A stretch of 64,000 nucleotides of DNA from an uncultured Nitrososphaerota archaeon (GCA_963842885.1 CAWJIE010000002.1:222020-286019); one strand, 5' to 3'; positions 31,642-42,557 are shown, counted from the first letter of the stretch. The notes: generated by a model from the letters alone, not told the origin. Numbers and translations: made by a program.

Positions 31642-32298
31642 TCAGACCTGTGAGATGGAGGCGCCGCGGGTCGGCCTACGGAGGTTCCGAAACAGCCAGT
31701 AGAGGGAGAAGGCGGCGACCACGACCACTGCCCATGCGTAGGCGAATCCTTCGAAGGAGTACTCGATGGAGATGGCCTCCAGGAAGGCGGCGAAGAACAG
31801 CGTTAAGACGACGAGCAGGACGGAGATGGCCGCCCGGGGAACCTCGGCACGAAGGCCTCTCCTGAAGGCGGCGTAGACCAGGAGGAAGCTCTCCGCCACG
31901 GCGATGGCGTAGGCCGCCAGTTCGAACCAAGCATGAGGGGACAGGAACGTTGTGATCAGAAGCAGGGCCGCAGGGATGCCTGAGGATGAGCCCAACGCGG
32001 AGTATATCTGGCCGGTCGTCAGGGTGACGCCGAAGAACAGGTACCACCCAAAGCCGGGGACGAACTCTTCGAGGGCGATCCGGACATTGTTGACGAAGAT
32101 GTCGATGGTCTTGGAAATCAGAGAAGCGTTCTGCACCTCGGAGACCAGCCCTTTTGTGTCGTTCAGCAGGGAGTTGGCTTGATCCGCCGGGAGGGTGACG
32201 AAGGAGACGGCGGCGAAGAGGGCCACCTGTAAGACGAATACCACGACCACCACCTTGAGCCAGCTGTTGTCGAACAGCCGCTTCCTCGCAGGCTCCAT
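31642..32298 (-). CDS. SpoIIM/DUF95 membrane protein
   Basis: IFVNN, PHAWFELAA, AAFLEA. Confidence 0.85.
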   Translation of the reverse strand: MEPARKRLFDNSWLKVVVVVFVLQVALFAAVSFVTLPADQANSLLNDTKGLVSEVQNASLISKTIDIFVNNVRIALEEFVPGFGWYLFFGVTLTTGQIYSALGSSSGIPAALLLITTFLSPHAWFELAAYAIAVAESFLLVYAAFRRGLRAEVPRAAISVLLVVLTLFFAAFLEAISIEYSFEGFAYAWAVVVVAAFSLYWLFRNLRRPTRGASISQV

Positions 32299-32418
32299 CA
32301 GACGCTCGCCGGCGGCTCTCCTATTTCATTCCATCGGCCGATACCACTCTTTGAAGCCGACCGACCGACGGGTGCAAGCCTGCGCGGCCAGTCCCGCTGC
32401 CCGGGCCCAAAGAGGGAG

Positions 32419-32470
32419 CCTTCAGTCCATTCGCTCCTCGTCATGGCACCCTGACCCGACATCACTGAGG
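32419..32470 (-). ncRNA. Candidate C/D box sRNA overlapping the guaA stop codon
   Basis: Minus strand CCTCA-GTGATGT-11 nt-GCCA-TGACGA-12 nt-CTGA-AGG. Confidence 0.5.
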
Positions 32471-34006
32471 CTCTATCGTCGAGGGCGGCTTGTTGGTGAT
32501 GGCATAGGTCACCATCGAAACCTCGGGGAGCCTGTTCGTGATCTTCCTGCTGGCGGCGTCAAGGAGCTCGCTGGGCAGGCGGACCCAGTCAGCTGTCATC
32601 CCGTCCTCCGAAGTCACGGCCTTGAGGGTGACGAGGAACCCGTCACGCCGCTGGTCGCCGGTGACGCCGACGACCTTGTCGTCCCCGACGATGGCGAACG
32701 CCTGCCAAAGGCTCTCGTAGAGGCCGGCGGAGCGCAGTTCGTCCTCGAAGATGGCCCCGGCTTCGCGGCAGACCTTCAGCTTCTGGGGTGTCACTTCGCC
32801 TATGACCCTGACGGCCAGGCCAGGTCCGGGGAAGGGATGGCGGACCAAGAACTCTCGTGGCATCCCCAGCTGGGATGCGATCCTCCTGACTTCGTCCTTG
32901 TACAGCTCCCTGAGAGGTTCCAGGAGCTTGAACGACATGCCCTTCGGCAGGCCCGCGACGTTGTGGTGGGCCTTTATCCTCGAGGCGGGCCCCGCCGTTG
33001 AGGCGCTCTCTATGACGTCAGGGTAGAGGGTCCCCTGGGCCAGCCATTGGAACGGGCCGTACTTGTCGTTGAACTCTTCGAAGACCTTCACGAACTCCGC
33101 CCCGACAGTGAGCCTCTTCTTCTCAGGTTCCTTGACCCCCTTGAGCGCGCTCAGGAAGCGCTTGGACGCGTCGATGTGGACGACCTTCAGGCCCAGCAGG
33201 TCACGGAGCGTGTGCATGACCTCCTCGCTTTCGCCCTTCCTGAGCAGGCCGTGGTCCACGAAGAGGCAGGTAAGGTTCTCGCCGACGGCCTTGGAGATCA
33301 TCAGGGCGAGGGTCGATGAGTCGACTCCTCCGCTGACCGCGCAGAGGACCCTGTCGGCGCCGACGGTCTTCCGTATCTCTTCGATCTCCGAGCTGACGAA
33401 GTCCTCCAGCCTCCAGGCCTTCTTGCAACCGCACACATCGTAGACGAAGGCTGCCAGGATGGCCATGCCATACTCGGTCTGCGTGACTTCGGGGTGGAAC
33501 TGGATGCCGAAGACCCTGCGTCGGCGGTCCTCGATTGCGGCGAAGAGGGAGTTGTCTGATGTGGCGGTCACCTGGAATCCCTTCGGCATCTTGGTCACCT
33601 GGTCGCCGTGGCTGGCCCAGATGCGGCTGCGGGGAGGGACCCTCTGCAGGAGGGAGGAGCCGGCGCGCACCTTGAGGGTGGACTCGCCATATTCGCTGCT
33701 CAGGGCGGGCTTCACTGCCCCCCCGAAGAGGTGGGCTATGAGCTGGTGGCCGTAGCAGATGCCCAGGATGGGGAGCCCAAGGTTGAGGACGTCGGGCGAA
33801 GGCTTCGGCGCACCCTTCGCATATACGCTGGCGGGGCCGCCGGAGAAGATGAGCCCCTTCGCCCCACTTTCGCGGACCTCGCTGGTCGGTATCGAACAGG
33901 GAACCAGCCGGCACGGCACCTCGAGTTCCCTGACTCGCCGGACTATGAGGTGCGCGTACTGTCCTCCGAAGTCGAGGACGAGGATCCCGCCTTGGGCAGG
34001 CTTCAT
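32462..34006 (-). CDS. guaA: GMP synthase (fused glutaminase and synthase domains)
   Basis: LDFGGQY, GICYGHQ, QFHPEV, SGGVDS, IKAHHNV, KPPSTIE. Confidence 0.97.
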   Translation of the reverse strand: MKPAQGGILVLDFGGQYAHLIVRRVRELEVPCRLVPCSIPTSEVRESGAKGLIFSGGPASVYAKGAPKPSPDVLNLGLPILGICYGHQLIAHLFGGAVKPALSSEYGESTLKVRAGSSLLQRVPPRSRIWASHGDQVTKMPKGFQVTATSDNSLFAAIEDRRRRVFGIQFHPEVTQTEYGMAILAAFVYDVCGCKKAWRLEDFVSSEIEEIRKTVGADRVLCAVSGGVDSSTLALMISKAVGENLTCLFVDHGLLRKGESEEVMHTLRDLLGLKVVHIDASKRFLSALKGVKEPEKKRLTVGAEFVKVFEEFNDKYGPFQWLAQGTLYPDVIESASTAGPASRIKAHHNVAGLPKGMSFKLLEPLRELYKDEVRRIASQLGMPREFLVRHPFPGPGLAVRVIGEVTPQKLKVCREAGAIFEDELRSAGLYESLWQAFAIVGDDKVVGVTGDQRRDGFLVTLKAVTSEDGMTADWVRLPSELLDAASRKITNRLPEVSMVTYAITNKPPSTIEPQ

Positions 34007-34058
34007 AGAGAAAAACCTGCTCGACACATATTTAAACGTGGTTTGGCGCCAAGAAGAC

Positions 34059-34640
34059 ATGGACTGGCTCGGAACGGTGAAGGAGGACCTCCTCAAGGCC
34101 TCCATCGTCCAGATGAAACAGGCCGACAGAGTCTATGACTACATAGTCAACCCCCTAAGCTCTGGTGTTCCGGAGATACCCAGCCAGGCGCTATGGGGCT
34201 GCGGATACGAAGTCGCCAGGATCCTCAACCTCAAGGGGGCGGACAAGATAATGGCCCCCGAGGCCATGGGCTTCCACATCGCCACCGCGTTGAGCATGGT
34301 GACGGGCCTTCCCATGCTCATGATACGAAAGCGTTCGTACTTCCTGCCCGGGGAAGTCGCCGTGCACAAGAAGACCGCCTACGAAGAATCCGTCATGTAC
34401 CTGAACGGCGTCAAAGAGGGGGACAAGGTGGTCCTGGTGGATTCGATCATAGCCACCGGGGGGACGCTCCTTCCCATAATCCAGACCCTTCAGAGGCTGG
34501 GGGTGGTCGTCCACGACGCCGCAGTGGTCATAGAGAGGGATGGGCTGAACGGCGTCGAAATCATAGAAAGGGAGACGGGCATCCATGTGAAGACCCTCCT
34601 GAAGATAGACATCGTCAACGGCAAGGTCAACATCAAGTAG
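34059..34640 (+). CDS. hpt: Purine phosphoribosyltransferase (archaeal Hpt/Apt type)
   Basis: YIVNPLSSGVP, EAMG, IRKRSY, VDSIIATGGT. Confidence 0.8.
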   Translation: MDWLGTVKEDLLKASIVQMKQADRVYDYIVNPLSSGVPEIPSQALWGCGYEVARILNLKGADKIMAPEAMGFHIATALSMVTGLPMLMIRKRSYFLPGEVAVHKKTAYEESVMYLNGVKEGDKVVLVDSIIATGGTLLPIIQTLQRLGVVVHDAAVVIERDGLNGVEIIERETGIHVKTLLKIDIVNGKVNIK

Positions 34641-34688
34641 GCCGAGCTCCTGCAGGCAGCGGTCCGACGCGCCTCCCCGCGGAGGGCT

Positions 34689-35357
34689 TCAATCGTGGCT
34701 GCGAATGTACGAAGTCACCCAGAAGGGTTTCCCCAAGGCCCCGGCGTTCTTGACCTGTGGAAGGCGGAGGAGGAAGTATGACACCGCCGCGACGAAGATG
34801 AGCTGCACGACGTTGAAGACCGCCGTAAAGCCCAGGACGAAGAGGAGCGCGTTGCCCTCAGTGACGGTCACACCGATCAATAGGAACGAGGCGGCGACGA
34901 AGCCCACGATCCCCTTGACCGTGTAGATTAGGACTATGGCGACGTAGTTGGCGAAGGTCATCATTATCGCCCTTGTGACGAGGCCGAAGGAGGTCCCCCA
35001 GCCTGCGGCCTTGCCCAAGCTGGGATGGCTCCTCCTGGACGCTATCGCCATCCCCAGCCATATGCCTGCGAGGGAGGAAACGATCGCGACGAGTTTCAGC
35101 ACGGGGCCCACCGGGGCGTTCTGACCGATTGCCATCAGGGTGATGAATTCCACGACAGACGCGGTCATCGCGGGGGCCGGACCGAAGATGAAGAACGCTA
35201 GGATGATGGCGATCTCTCCCAGATCGAACTGAAGGTAGGGCACCAGCGGGAAGCTGAGGACAAGCGCCTGAGATATGGTGGTGAGTATGACGGCGAGGGC
35301 ACCGAACACCGCGCCGCCCACTATGAGCTGATTCCTGCTCCGAACGCTCGGCTGCAA
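34689..35357 (-). CDS. ECF transporter S component
   Basis: FPLVPYLQFDLGEI motif; about 6 TM helices; divergent from ribK. Confidence 0.8.
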   Translation of the reverse strand: MQPSVRSRNQLIVGGAVFGALAVILTTISQALVLSFPLVPYLQFDLGEIAIILAFFIFGPAPAMTASVVEFITLMAIGQNAPVGPVLKLVAIVSSLAGIWLGMAIASRRSHPSLGKAAGWGTSFGLVTRAIMMTFANYVAIVLIYTVKGIVGFVAASFLLIGVTVTEGNALLFVLGFTAVFNVVQLIFVAAVSYFLLRLPQVKNAGALGKPFWVTSYIRSHD

Positions 35358-35455
35358 GTCGTTGGTAATTACTCACATCCTGGTATTTAGGCATTAGTGG
35401 TAACAACCATTTAAGTAGTAGATGTCACCTCGTGATATGCGAGGCCGATAAGCAC

Positions 35456-36166
35456 ATGGTCAAGGCCAAGAAGTACGCGCGCTCTCCCTATTTCCCCACC
35501 CTTGTCGAGCTCCTCCTCCTCGGGGCGAAGAGCAGGTTCGTGGCTCTGACCACCGACGGGCTGGCGGAGCAGCTGGGGAAGTCCCAGCAGGCCGTTTCCC
35601 AGCACATCCTGGAGCTGGAGCGACAGGGGTACGTCGAAAGAGAGAAGGAGGGAAGACGCTTCAACATCAAGCTCACGGACAAGGCCGTGAACGACCTCAC
35701 TTCCTACTACCTGACCCTGCGCAGCGTCCTCGAAGAGGCCCCCGACATCTACGAGTTCAACGGCGAGCTCTTCACGGGCCTGGGAGAGGGCGCCTACTAC
35801 ATCAGCATGGAGGGTTACAGGAAGCAGTTCAAGGAGAAGCTTGGGTTCGTGCCCTTCCCCGGGACCCTCAACCTCAGGCTGGATTCGCGGACGGACAGGG
35901 TCCAGCTGGAGCAGCTCAGGGCGAGGCCTGGCATACTGATAGAGGGCTTCAAGGACGGGACGCGCTCGTTCGGGGCCCTTCGGGTCTTCCCTGCCCTGAT
36001 CGAGGACGAAAGGGGAGGGGTCCTGGCCATAGACCGGACTCACTACGACGTCTCCGTGCTGGAGGTCATCGCGCCCAAGAACCTCAGGGGCACCCTCGGA
36101 ATCAAGGACGGAGCGAAGGTCTCGGTGAAGGCGTTCCTTCAGACTCCGATGACGAGGTCCGGCTGA
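35456..36166 (+). CDS. ribK: CTP-dependent riboflavin kinase with N-terminal wHTH (RbkR type)
   Basis: SQQAVS..LE..GY, TGLGEGAYY, GFVPFPGTLN, RTHY..LEVIAP. Confidence 0.93.
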   Translation: MVKAKKYARSPYFPTLVELLLLGAKSRFVALTTDGLAEQLGKSQQAVSQHILELERQGYVEREKEGRRFNIKLTDKAVNDLTSYYLTLRSVLEEAPDIYEFNGELFTGLGEGAYYISMEGYRKQFKEKLGFVPFPGTLNLRLDSRTDRVQLEQLRARPGILIEGFKDGTRSFGALRVFPALIEDERGGVLAIDRTHYDVSVLEVIAPKNLRGTLGIKDGAKVSVKAFLQTPMTRSG

Positions 36167-36209
36167 AGGGAGGGCTGGCCACGTCCGATTCGCGGGTGAT
36201 GTAATCGGG

Positions 36210-36776
36210 ATGTCCGGATTCGCCATACGGGAGGCAACCCTTGACGACCTTGATGTCCTGGTCAAGCAGAGGCACAAGATGTTCGAGGACATGCAGCCGC
36301 GCACGAAGGAGGAGCACGCCATCGGGGACAGGACCTACCGCGGATGGGTGAAGCGGATGATGGAGGACGGGCGCCTGGTGTTCTTCCTGGCTGAAGACAC
36401 GAAGGGGAGGGTGGTCGCCGGTGGCGGTATATGGCTGCACGAGCGGCAGCCGCGGCTCAGCGACAAGGGAGGGCTCGCCCCCTATCTGCTCTCCATGTAC
36501 ACCGATCCGGCGTTCAGGGGGAGAGGCTTCGGCACCTCCATAGTGGAGCGTGCGGAACGTTGGTCAAATGAGCACGGCTACCATTCGATGAGCCTCCATG
36601 CCTCCAAGATGGGGCGAAAGCTCTACGCCGAGCTGGGCTGGAAGAGGGGCTGGGAGATGTACAAGGAGCTCGACGCTCCGGCCGCGGGCGAGAGCAAGAA
36701 AGGGCGGGCTTCCGCAAAAGGGCCGAGACGCCCGCGGACGCCACTTTTAAATAAAGCCAAATTCCGTACCCAGTGA
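36210..36776 (+). CDS. GNAT family acetyltransferase
   Basis: MYTDPAFRGRGFG, LHAS..GRKLY. Confidence 0.9.
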   Translation: MSGFAIREATLDDLDVLVKQRHKMFEDMQPRTKEEHAIGDRTYRGWVKRMMEDGRLVFFLAEDTKGRVVAGGGIWLHERQPRLSDKGGLAPYLLSMYTDPAFRGRGFGTSIVERAERWSNEHGYHSMSLHASKMGRKLYAELGWKRGWEMYKELDAPAAGESKKGRASAKGPRRPRTPLLNKAKFRTQ

Positions 36777-37441
36777 TGTCAGCTGCACGTAAGAACAAGA
36801 ACGTACACGTCATCACTCATCCGCTGGCACAGTCCATTCTCACAGATCTCAGGAACAAGGACACAAGCCAGATCCCCTTCAGGAAGGGTCTCGTGAAGCT
36901 GGGTCGCCTGACTGCACTCGAAATCATCTCCTCCTTCCGCACGAAGGAGGTCTACGTGGAGACGCCGCTCAAGGTCAAGGCCAAGGGCGTGGTCGTCCCC
37001 GACATGGAGCACATCGTCATCATCAACGTGCTTAGGGCTGCCACGGCGCTCGTGGAAGGGATGCTGAAGTCCTTCCCCTACGCCAGGCTGGGGGTGCTCG
37101 CCGTGCAGAGGGTCGAAGAAAAGGAGGGAGTAGAGAACGTCAAGCCGGTGAAGTTCTTCGTGAAGATACCAAAGTTCAACAGCGAAGACACCGTCATCAT
37201 AGCCGACCCGATGCTTGCCACAGGGGGGACCCTGCTGACGACCATAGCGGAGGTCTACAAGGTAGGCAAGCCGAAGAGGCTCATCCTCGCCACCGTGATC
37301 TCCTGCGACTACGGCGTCAACAAGGTGACCAAGAAGTATCCTGAGGTGGAACTCTACACCGTGGCCATAGACCACGAACTGAACACCCACGCCTACATAG
37401 TGCCAGGGCTGGGGGACGCTGGGGACAGGTCCTTCGGTTAG
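36773..37441 (+). CDS. upp: Uracil phosphoribosyltransferase
   Basis: VLRAA, ADPMLATGGT, YIVPGLGDAGDRSFG. Confidence 0.97.
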   Translation: MMSAARKNKNVHVITHPLAQSILTDLRNKDTSQIPFRKGLVKLGRLTALEIISSFRTKEVYVETPLKVKAKGVVVPDMEHIVIINVLRAATALVEGMLKSFPYARLGVLAVQRVEEKEGVENVKPVKFFVKIPKFNSEDTVIIADPMLATGGTLLTTIAEVYKVGKPKRLILATVISCDYGVNKVTKKYPEVELYTVAIDHELNTHAYIVPGLGDAGDRSFG

Positions 37442-37458
37442 AAGGAAACCACACAGGC

Positions 37459-39039
37459 TCAGTTTTGTTTCAGTGCCCGCTCTAGAGAGGATATCGTCCT
37501 CTCGACGCCAGTATCGACGATGTAGGGGCCGAGGCGCGGGCCCTTCTCGCTGCCCAGGAGGATTCTGTAGAGGAGCTTGAAGTAATCTCCCGGCGCCATG
37601 CCGTTCCTCTTCGCGATCTCGAATATCTCGAACTGCACCTTGTCGGCTTCTCGGGTGTTGCGCAGGGCGGCTATGAGCTCCTCCACGACCTTCCTCTCTG
37701 GGGGCGAGACCTCCACCTTCGGCGGCTCTCCCATGACCTCCGTGGACCAGTTCCTCGCCATCTCTATCCTTTCGAGCAGCTCGGGCGTGGGCTCCGCAAT
37801 CATCCGGTACGACTGGAGGCGCCTGGTGCTGTAGCCGGCGACGTCCTCGGCCGGCGCCGAGAAGGCTATCTCGGCCAGGAGCCTGTAGGGGATGTGGACG
37901 GAGGGGCCCTTCGGCGGATGCAGGAAGTTGGTGTATTCGTAGAGGCCCTTCAGCCTGGCAGCCTTGTCGTCGGATTCGACCTTGGCCTTGCCGAAGTAGA
38001 CGTCCTCTAGGTAGTCGTATTCGTCCATGTACTTGGGGATGTCCACGGCGGAGAGGTTCCTCGTCCCGGCTATGCGCTTGTACATGAGCAGCACCAGGCT
38101 CTTGGTGGAGCCGTAGCGGAACCACCTCTGCGGCGTGAAGACGTTGCCGGCCGACTTGGATATCTTCTTCCCGGACTTGTCCAGGAACATCTCGTACTGG
38201 ACGTGGAAGGGAGGGTGGAAGGAAAGCACGTTCTCCGCCACCCAGTCGTTGACCTTGACCGAGTCGGCTATGTCCTTGCCGTAGGCCTCGAACCGGATGT
38301 CCAGGGCCGCCCATCGGGCGGCGAACTCCACCTTCCACGAGAGCTTTCCGTCTCCTGCCGAGAGCTTGGCGTCTCCTTCGTGTCCGCATCCTTCGATCTT
38401 CCTCTCCCTCAGCTCGGTCCCTTCGCATCTGTAGTGGACCGAGGAGGTCTTCGGGTCCCAGCCCAGCGCCTTGGTCGTGTACATCCTGCCGCAGTTGGCG
38501 CAGATGGCGAAGTAGGGGAGGGTGTCCTCGTACTTCTCCTGCCCGGTCAGCTCCCGTATCATCTCGCCTATCTCGGCGCTCCTGGAAAGGATCATCTCCG
38601 CCTGCCTCCCCAGGGCGTTCCTCTTGTAGGCCTCCGCCCCGCTTTCGAAGCGGTAGACGGCGCCCACCCTGTCCAGGGCGTCCCTCAGGAGGCTCCCCAT
38701 GTGGGTGCCGTAGGTGGAATGGCAGCCGAAGGGATCGGGTATCCTGGAGACGGGCATGGCGATGTAGCGTTCCAGGTCCTTGCTCAGGCCCGCGGGGACC
38801 TTCCTCAACCCGTCCATGTCGTCGGTGAAAGCAATGAGCTCGCTCTTGACTCCCTGGTCCTCCAGCGCGAGTTTGGCTCCGTACCCCCTCAGGGCGTCTC
38901 CGAGGCTCCCCACGTGGGGGATGCCGCTGGCTCCCAGTCCCGACTCCACCCTCACGAGGTCGGTACTCCGCCCGAGGGACCTCTCCCTTTCGACGATCTC
39001 GCTGGCCAGCTTGTCGAGCCAGGTCCCCCTCCCTATCAT
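37459..39039 (-). CDS. lysS: Lysyl-tRNA synthetase, class I
   Basis: SGIPHVGS, DDMDGLRKVP, KLSWKVEF, KISKSAGN, GPRLG. Confidence 0.96.
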   Translation of the reverse strand: MIGRGTWLDKLASEIVERERSLGRSTDLVRVESGLGASGIPHVGSLGDALRGYGAKLALEDQGVKSELIAFTDDMDGLRKVPAGLSKDLERYIAMPVSRIPDPFGCHSTYGTHMGSLLRDALDRVGAVYRFESGAEAYKRNALGRQAEMILSRSAEIGEMIRELTGQEKYEDTLPYFAICANCGRMYTTKALGWDPKTSSVHYRCEGTELRERKIEGCGHEGDAKLSAGDGKLSWKVEFAARWAALDIRFEAYGKDIADSVKVNDWVAENVLSFHPPFHVQYEMFLDKSGKKISKSAGNVFTPQRWFRYGSTKSLVLLMYKRIAGTRNLSAVDIPKYMDEYDYLEDVYFGKAKVESDDKAARLKGLYEYTNFLHPPKGPSVHIPYRLLAEIAFSAPAEDVAGYSTRRLQSYRMIAEPTPELLERIEMARNWSTEVMGEPPKVEVSPPERKVVEELIAALRNTREADKVQFEIFEIAKRNGMAPGDYFKLLYRILLGSEKGPRLGPYIVDTGVERTISSLERALKQN

Positions 39040-39097
39040 ATTGCCCAATACAGGCGGATGGATGGAAAAACGTGAGATAAAAAGGAGAGGGAGGCGC

Positions 39098-41266
39098 CTA
39101 ACGGTAGTACGGAACAGGCGCCTTCTCCAGCGGCTTGCCTTCCCTGGACGCCCTGACCTTCTTGATGGCATCCTCCAGATTCTTCTGCGTGAGCACCGCC
39201 TCGCTCATGTGTTTCTTGGTGTCCTCGGGCTCCGGATACTTGGAGACGAACTCCTGAAGCACCAGGGAGACGGCCGTGTTGATGACCGAAGCGAGGTCGG
39301 CTCCGCTCAGCCCCTCGGTGAGATCCACAAGCGCCTCGAAGTCCACGTCGGCGGTCAGCGGCTTTCCGACGGAGTGTATCTTGAGTATGGAGAGGCGAGC
39401 TGCCTTGTCGGGCATCCCTACGAAGATGAGCTTGTCGAAGCGTCCCGCCCTCAGAAGGGACGGGTCCACCATGTCGATCCTGTTGGTCGCCGCCAGCACC
39501 ACCACTCCCGAAAGGGCCTGGATGCCGTCCAGCTCCGTGAGCAGCTGGCTCACGACCCTTTCCGTGACCATGCTCTCCCCGCCCATCCCCCTCGTGGGGG
39601 CTAGGGCGTCGACTTCGTCGAAGAAGATGATACAGGGAGACGCCTGGCGGGCCCTCCTGAAGACCTCCCTCACGGCCCTCTCCGACTCGCCGACCCACTT
39701 ACTCAGAAGCTCTGGGCCCCTGACGCTGATGAAGTTGGCTTCGCTTTCAGTGGCCACGGCCTTGGCCAGGAGGGTCTTGCCCGTGCCCGAGGGACCGTGG
39801 AGCAGTATCCCCTTGGGGATGCTGTAGCCCATGTGCGTGTAGGCGTCGGGGTACTTCATGGGCCATTCGACGGCCTCCTGCAGCTCCTTCTTGGTCGCTT
39901 CGAGCCCTCCGATCTCCGCCCACTTGACCTCCGGCGTCTCGAGGTAGACCTCCCTCATGGCCGAGGGGGTGATGTCCTTGAGCGCGTCCTCGAAGTCCTT
40001 CATGCAGACGGTGAGCTTGGACAGTGTCTCCGGCGGGATCTTCTCCTCCTCCAGCTTGATTTCGGGGAGGTGGCGCCTCAGGCTCTTCATGGCTCCCTCC
40101 TTGCAGAGGTACTCCAGGTCCGCGCCTACGTAGCCGTGCGTCACTGCCGCCAGCTTCTCGGTGTCGACGTCGCTCACCAGCGGCATGTGGCGGGTGTGAA
40201 TCAGGAGTATCTCCAGCCTTCCCTTCCTGTCTGGGACCTTGATCTCGACCTCCCTGTCGAACCTCCCTGGCCTTCTGAGGGCCGGGTCGATCGCGTTGGG
40301 CCGGTTGGTGGCCGCGATGACGACCACCTTGCCCCTCCCCTCGAGGCCGTCCATGAGCGAAAGCAGCTGGGAGACGACCCTGCGCTCGACTTCGCCCGTG
40401 ACCTCCTCCCTCTTGGGGGCGATGGAGTCGATTTCGTCGATGAATATGATGGAGGGCGACTTCTCCTTGGCCTCCTTGAATATCTCGCGAAGGCGTGCCT
40501 CGGACTCGCCGTAGAACTTGCTCATGATTTCAGGGCCGCTGATTGAGATGAAGTGGGCATTGGTCTCGTTGGCCACGGCCTTGGCCAGGAGGGTCTTCCC
40601 CGTGCCAGGCGGGCCGTAGAGCAGGACTCCCTTGGGAGCTTCGATGCCCAGGCGCTCGAATAGCTCGGGGTGCCTGAGCGGGAGCTCGACCATCTCCCTG
40701 ATCTTCTGGATTTCGTCCTTCAGGCCGCCGATGTCCTCGTAGGCCACCTGGGGGACTCCGCGGAGGAGCTCTCCTCTCTCAGATAGCTGGAACACGGTCC
40801 TTTGGCTGATCACCACGGCATCGGAGACGGGCGTGATCCCGACGACCTGGAAGGTGAGCCTGCCGCCGAAGTAGGGGACCATTATGTTGTCGCCCCTGGT
40901 GACCGGTACGCCTTCGAGCGCGTCGGTTATGTATCGCTCGTCGATGGGCGGGATGTTCTCCAGAGGAGCCACCACGACCTTCTCGGCGGGCAAGGCCTTG
41001 ATCTTCTTGACCTGCACGCTGTCGCCTATCGCCACCCCGGAGTTGTTCCTGGTGAGCCCGTCTATCCTTATGATGCCCCTCCCTTCGTCCGAGGGGTAGA
41101 GGGGCAGGCACTTCGCAACGGTCTTGCGCTTCCCCTTGATCTCGACCACGTCACCGGTGGACGCCGCGAGCGAGTCCATGACGTCGTAGTCAATCCTCGC
41201 TACGCCCCTGCCTACGTCCCTGGTGTAGGCCTCCAATACCTTGAGGTTAACGGAATCAGCACTCAA
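39098..41266 (-). CDS. cdc48: Cdc48/VAT AAA+ ATPase
   Basis: [12 protein letters not shown]-domain; two AAA domains ([16 protein letters not shown]); C-terminal HbYX tail YYR. Confidence 0.97.
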   Translation of the reverse strand: MSADSVNLKVLEAYTRDVGRGVARIDYDVMDSLAASTGDVVEIKGKRKTVAKCLPLYPSDEGRGIIRIDGLTRNNSGVAIGDSVQVKKIKALPAEKVVVAPLENIPPIDERYITDALEGVPVTRGDNIMVPYFGGRLTFQVVGITPVSDAVVISQRTVFQLSERGELLRGVPQVAYEDIGGLKDEIQKIREMVELPLRHPELFERLGIEAPKGVLLYGPPGTGKTLLAKAVANETNAHFISISGPEIMSKFYGESEARLREIFKEAKEKSPSIIFIDEIDSIAPKREEVTGEVERRVVSQLLSLMDGLEGRGKVVVIAATNRPNAIDPALRRPGRFDREVEIKVPDRKGRLEILLIHTRHMPLVSDVDTEKLAAVTHGYVGADLEYLCKEGAMKSLRRHLPEIKLEEEKIPPETLSKLTVCMKDFEDALKDITPSAMREVYLETPEVKWAEIGGLEATKKELQEAVEWPMKYPDAYTHMGYSIPKGILLHGPSGTGKTLLAKAVATESEANFISVRGPELLSKWVGESERAVREVFRRARQASPCIIFFDEVDALAPTRGMGGESMVTERVVSQLLTELDGIQALSGVVVLAATNRIDMVDPSLLRAGRFDKLIFVGMPDKAARLSILKIHSVGKPLTADVDFEALVDLTEGLSGADLASVINTAVSLVLQEFVSKYPEPEDTKKHMSEAVLTQKNLEDAIKKVRASREGKPLEKAPVPYYR

Positions 41267-41284
41267 TATAGAGACTCTCCTTGC

Positions 41285-41788
41285 CTATTGAATCCGAATC
41301 TCCCTGTAGCCCTTATTAGTATTGCTTCTCAATTTAAATCGAACTTCTAGTATACCATTCTTGTACGTCGCTTCGGAGGACTGGGGATCGACGGCCTCTT
41401 TGAGGCTGAAGTTGGCGTGGTAGGTCCGGTCGGGGGTCTCGGCCGACACGTCCATCGTGTCGTCCGTCGTCTGGAGCTTTATCTCCCCCTTGTCCACGCC
41501 GGGGACTTCGCATATCACCCTGAGGCTGTCCTTGTCGACGAACTGCTCTATGAGAGGCTCCCTTGTCCCTCCGGCGGCCATGGAATCGCCGAAGGTCCTG
41601 AAGAAGGGCTCTCCTTCAGGTCCGAACTCCAGAGTGAAACCTCTGGTGATGGAGCGATTCATCGGCAGCCCGTTGTTCCTGAACTGCCTGAGCATCCCCT
41701 CCATCTCCTTCTCGATTTCGTTCATGAGATCGTCCATGTCATCGAACAGGCCGCGGTACTCTTTGTCGTCCATGTCTCTAACCACCAT
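41285..41788 (-). CDS. hsp20: Small heat shock protein Hsp20
   Basis: REPL, EVPGVDK, ATYKNGILEV; directly upstream of cdc48. Confidence 0.93.
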   Translation of the reverse strand: MVVRDMDDKEYRGLFDDMDDLMNEIEKEMEGMLRQFRNNGLPMNRSITRGFTLEFGPEGEPFFRTFGDSMAAGGTREPLIEQFVDKDSLRVICEVPGVDKGEIKLQTTDDTMDVSAETPDRTYHANFSLKEAVDPQSSEATYKNGILEVRFKLRSNTNKGYREIRIQ

Positions 41789-41862
41789 CTTAACTCCTAG
41801 TTGCCAACCGTCGGTTATAACTAAAGGTTTATTTAAACCTTTATCCCCAACCATGAAACGCG

Positions 41863-42225
41863 ATGGAAGCCCTGGACATCATAGGGTCACCGAGCCGCTG
41901 GAGGCTGCTCGAGCTGCTTTCCACAGGTGACAAGAGCGTCGCCGAACTCGCCGAATCCCTTCACATCTCCAACCAGGGCGTCCTGAAGCACCTGGCCGTC
42001 CTGATCGAGGCCGGGCTGGTGCGCGAGGTCAGGCCCGCTGGGGGAAGGAAGGTGGGGTACGCGCTGAGGAACAGCGTGTTCCTCTGCAAGCGTGAGGATG
42101 GGGACGGGGAGCTGTTGGTCTACTACAGGGGGAAATCCAAGGCGGCCAGGCTCGCCCCCGAAACCGAGTTCAGGGCGAATCGCCTTCTCAAACGATTCAA
42201 GCTGCTGCTCGACAAGTCCTACTGA
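41863..42225 (+). CDS. ArsR-family wHTH regulator (possible heat-shock regulator)
   Basis: SVAELAESLHISNQGVLKHLAVL..AGLV; divergent from hsp20-cdc48. Confidence 0.8.
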   Translation: MEALDIIGSPSRWRLLELLSTGDKSVAELAESLHISNQGVLKHLAVLIEAGLVREVRPAGGRKVGYALRNSVFLCKREDGDGELLVYYRGKSKAARLAPETEFRANRLLKRFKLLLDKSY

Positions 42226-42230
42226 ACGGG

Positions 42231-42557
42231 TCACAGCTGGGGAGGCTGATCGGGGTTCGGGTTGTTGACGTTCTCGTTGATGACGTCCGCCATATAGTGC
42301 TCCCTGACGTTGATGGTGACCTTCTTCACGCCTTCGACGCTCTCGGCGGCGTTCTTGGCGTCGGTCGCCAGCTGGTAGGCCAGGATGGCGGGGCAGACGG
42401 GCGTCGTCATCCTCAGCTGGATGTATACGCTGTTGTCATCGGCCACCTCGACCTTCTCCACTACGTTGAGCTCGACGATGGGGACGCCCACCTCGGGATC
42501 GACGACGTAACCCAGCTTGTCCCAGATCGCTTCGCTCAGCTTCTGCTTCGAACTCAT
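42231..42557 (-). CDS. DUF59/SufT Fe-S assembly protein
   Basis: VVDPEVG..IVEL, MTTPVCP. Confidence 0.9.
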   Translation of the reverse strand: MSSKQKLSEAIWDKLGYVVDPEVGVPIVELNVVEKVEVADDNSVYIQLRMTTPVCPAILAYQLATDAKNAAESVEGVKKVTINVREHYMADVINENVNNPNPDQPPQL

